Positions 56,347-56,561 of a stretch of DNA of 56,561 bases are shown here, piece after piece. The position numbers and the translations under genes are program-made. The notes under the pieces are model-generated. The model searched no databases and was not told the DNA's origin. It saw only the letters and a list, made by a program, of their open reading frames with translations. Numbering within the stretch: position 1 is the first letter of the stretch; every line of letters starts with the position of its first letter. The stretch is from positions 1 through 56,561 of IMG/VR virus record IMGVR_UViG_3300031539_000035; one strand, 5' to 3'. Source of the DNA: a virus. Taxonomy: Duplodnaviria > Caudoviricetes.

Positions 56347-56561
56347 CGATCGCCGCTGCGAGACGTGTGCGGGGTGGCAGCCGCCGGTTAGGAGTTATGG
56401 GCGCTGGTGTGTCGTCTTGCGTCACCACACCGGACCGATCGACACGTGTGACCACTACCGTGAGGCGGACGTACAGTTCACCTGTGAGACGTGCGCACAT
56501 TGGGGTACGACGTTAGGTCTAACGCCGAGGCGTGTATGCGACCTACCGATGCCCACGCCTG

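Noticed and set aside
1-56561. Lysogeny module or terminal repeats
   Set aside because: No integrase, att site or end overlap recognised; the window appears to be an incomplete genome

Overview
A ~56.5 kb, GC-rich segment of a tailed dsDNA (siphovirus-like) phage or prophage, probably most of the genome. It starts inside a helicase-like gene, and no integrase or DNA polymerase is visible. Virtually all credible genes are on the + strand. In order: replication/accessory genes (primase, SLT transglycosylase, GIY-YIG, radical SAM, resolvase, PAPS-reductase-like, RDF/SSAP-like, SpoVS); a Ro60/Rsr gene preceded by two Y-RNA-like ncRNAs; packaging (HNH, TerS, TerL); head genes (intein-containing portal, intein-containing MuF-like protein, protease/scaffold, decoration proteins, major capsid); tail; glycosyltransferase; lysis; then a consensus sigma70 promoter driving many small early genes. 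Most notable features: (1) the MuF intein carries a complete antisense transcription unit inside its own coding sequence (TTGACA/TATAAT promoter written into the C-terminal splice motif, an SD, and an HTH + DUF559/Vsr-like endonuclease ORF); (2) four type II hammerhead ribozymes separate the early genes; (3) a candidate selenoprotein (ATG-GCT-TGA-GGC-TGC followed by a SECIS-like hairpin) lies in the head-tail module; (4) a Y RNA in tRNA order sits beside Ro60; (5) two further large structured non-coding regions are present. All calls come from reading motifs by eye; no database searches or folding programs were run.
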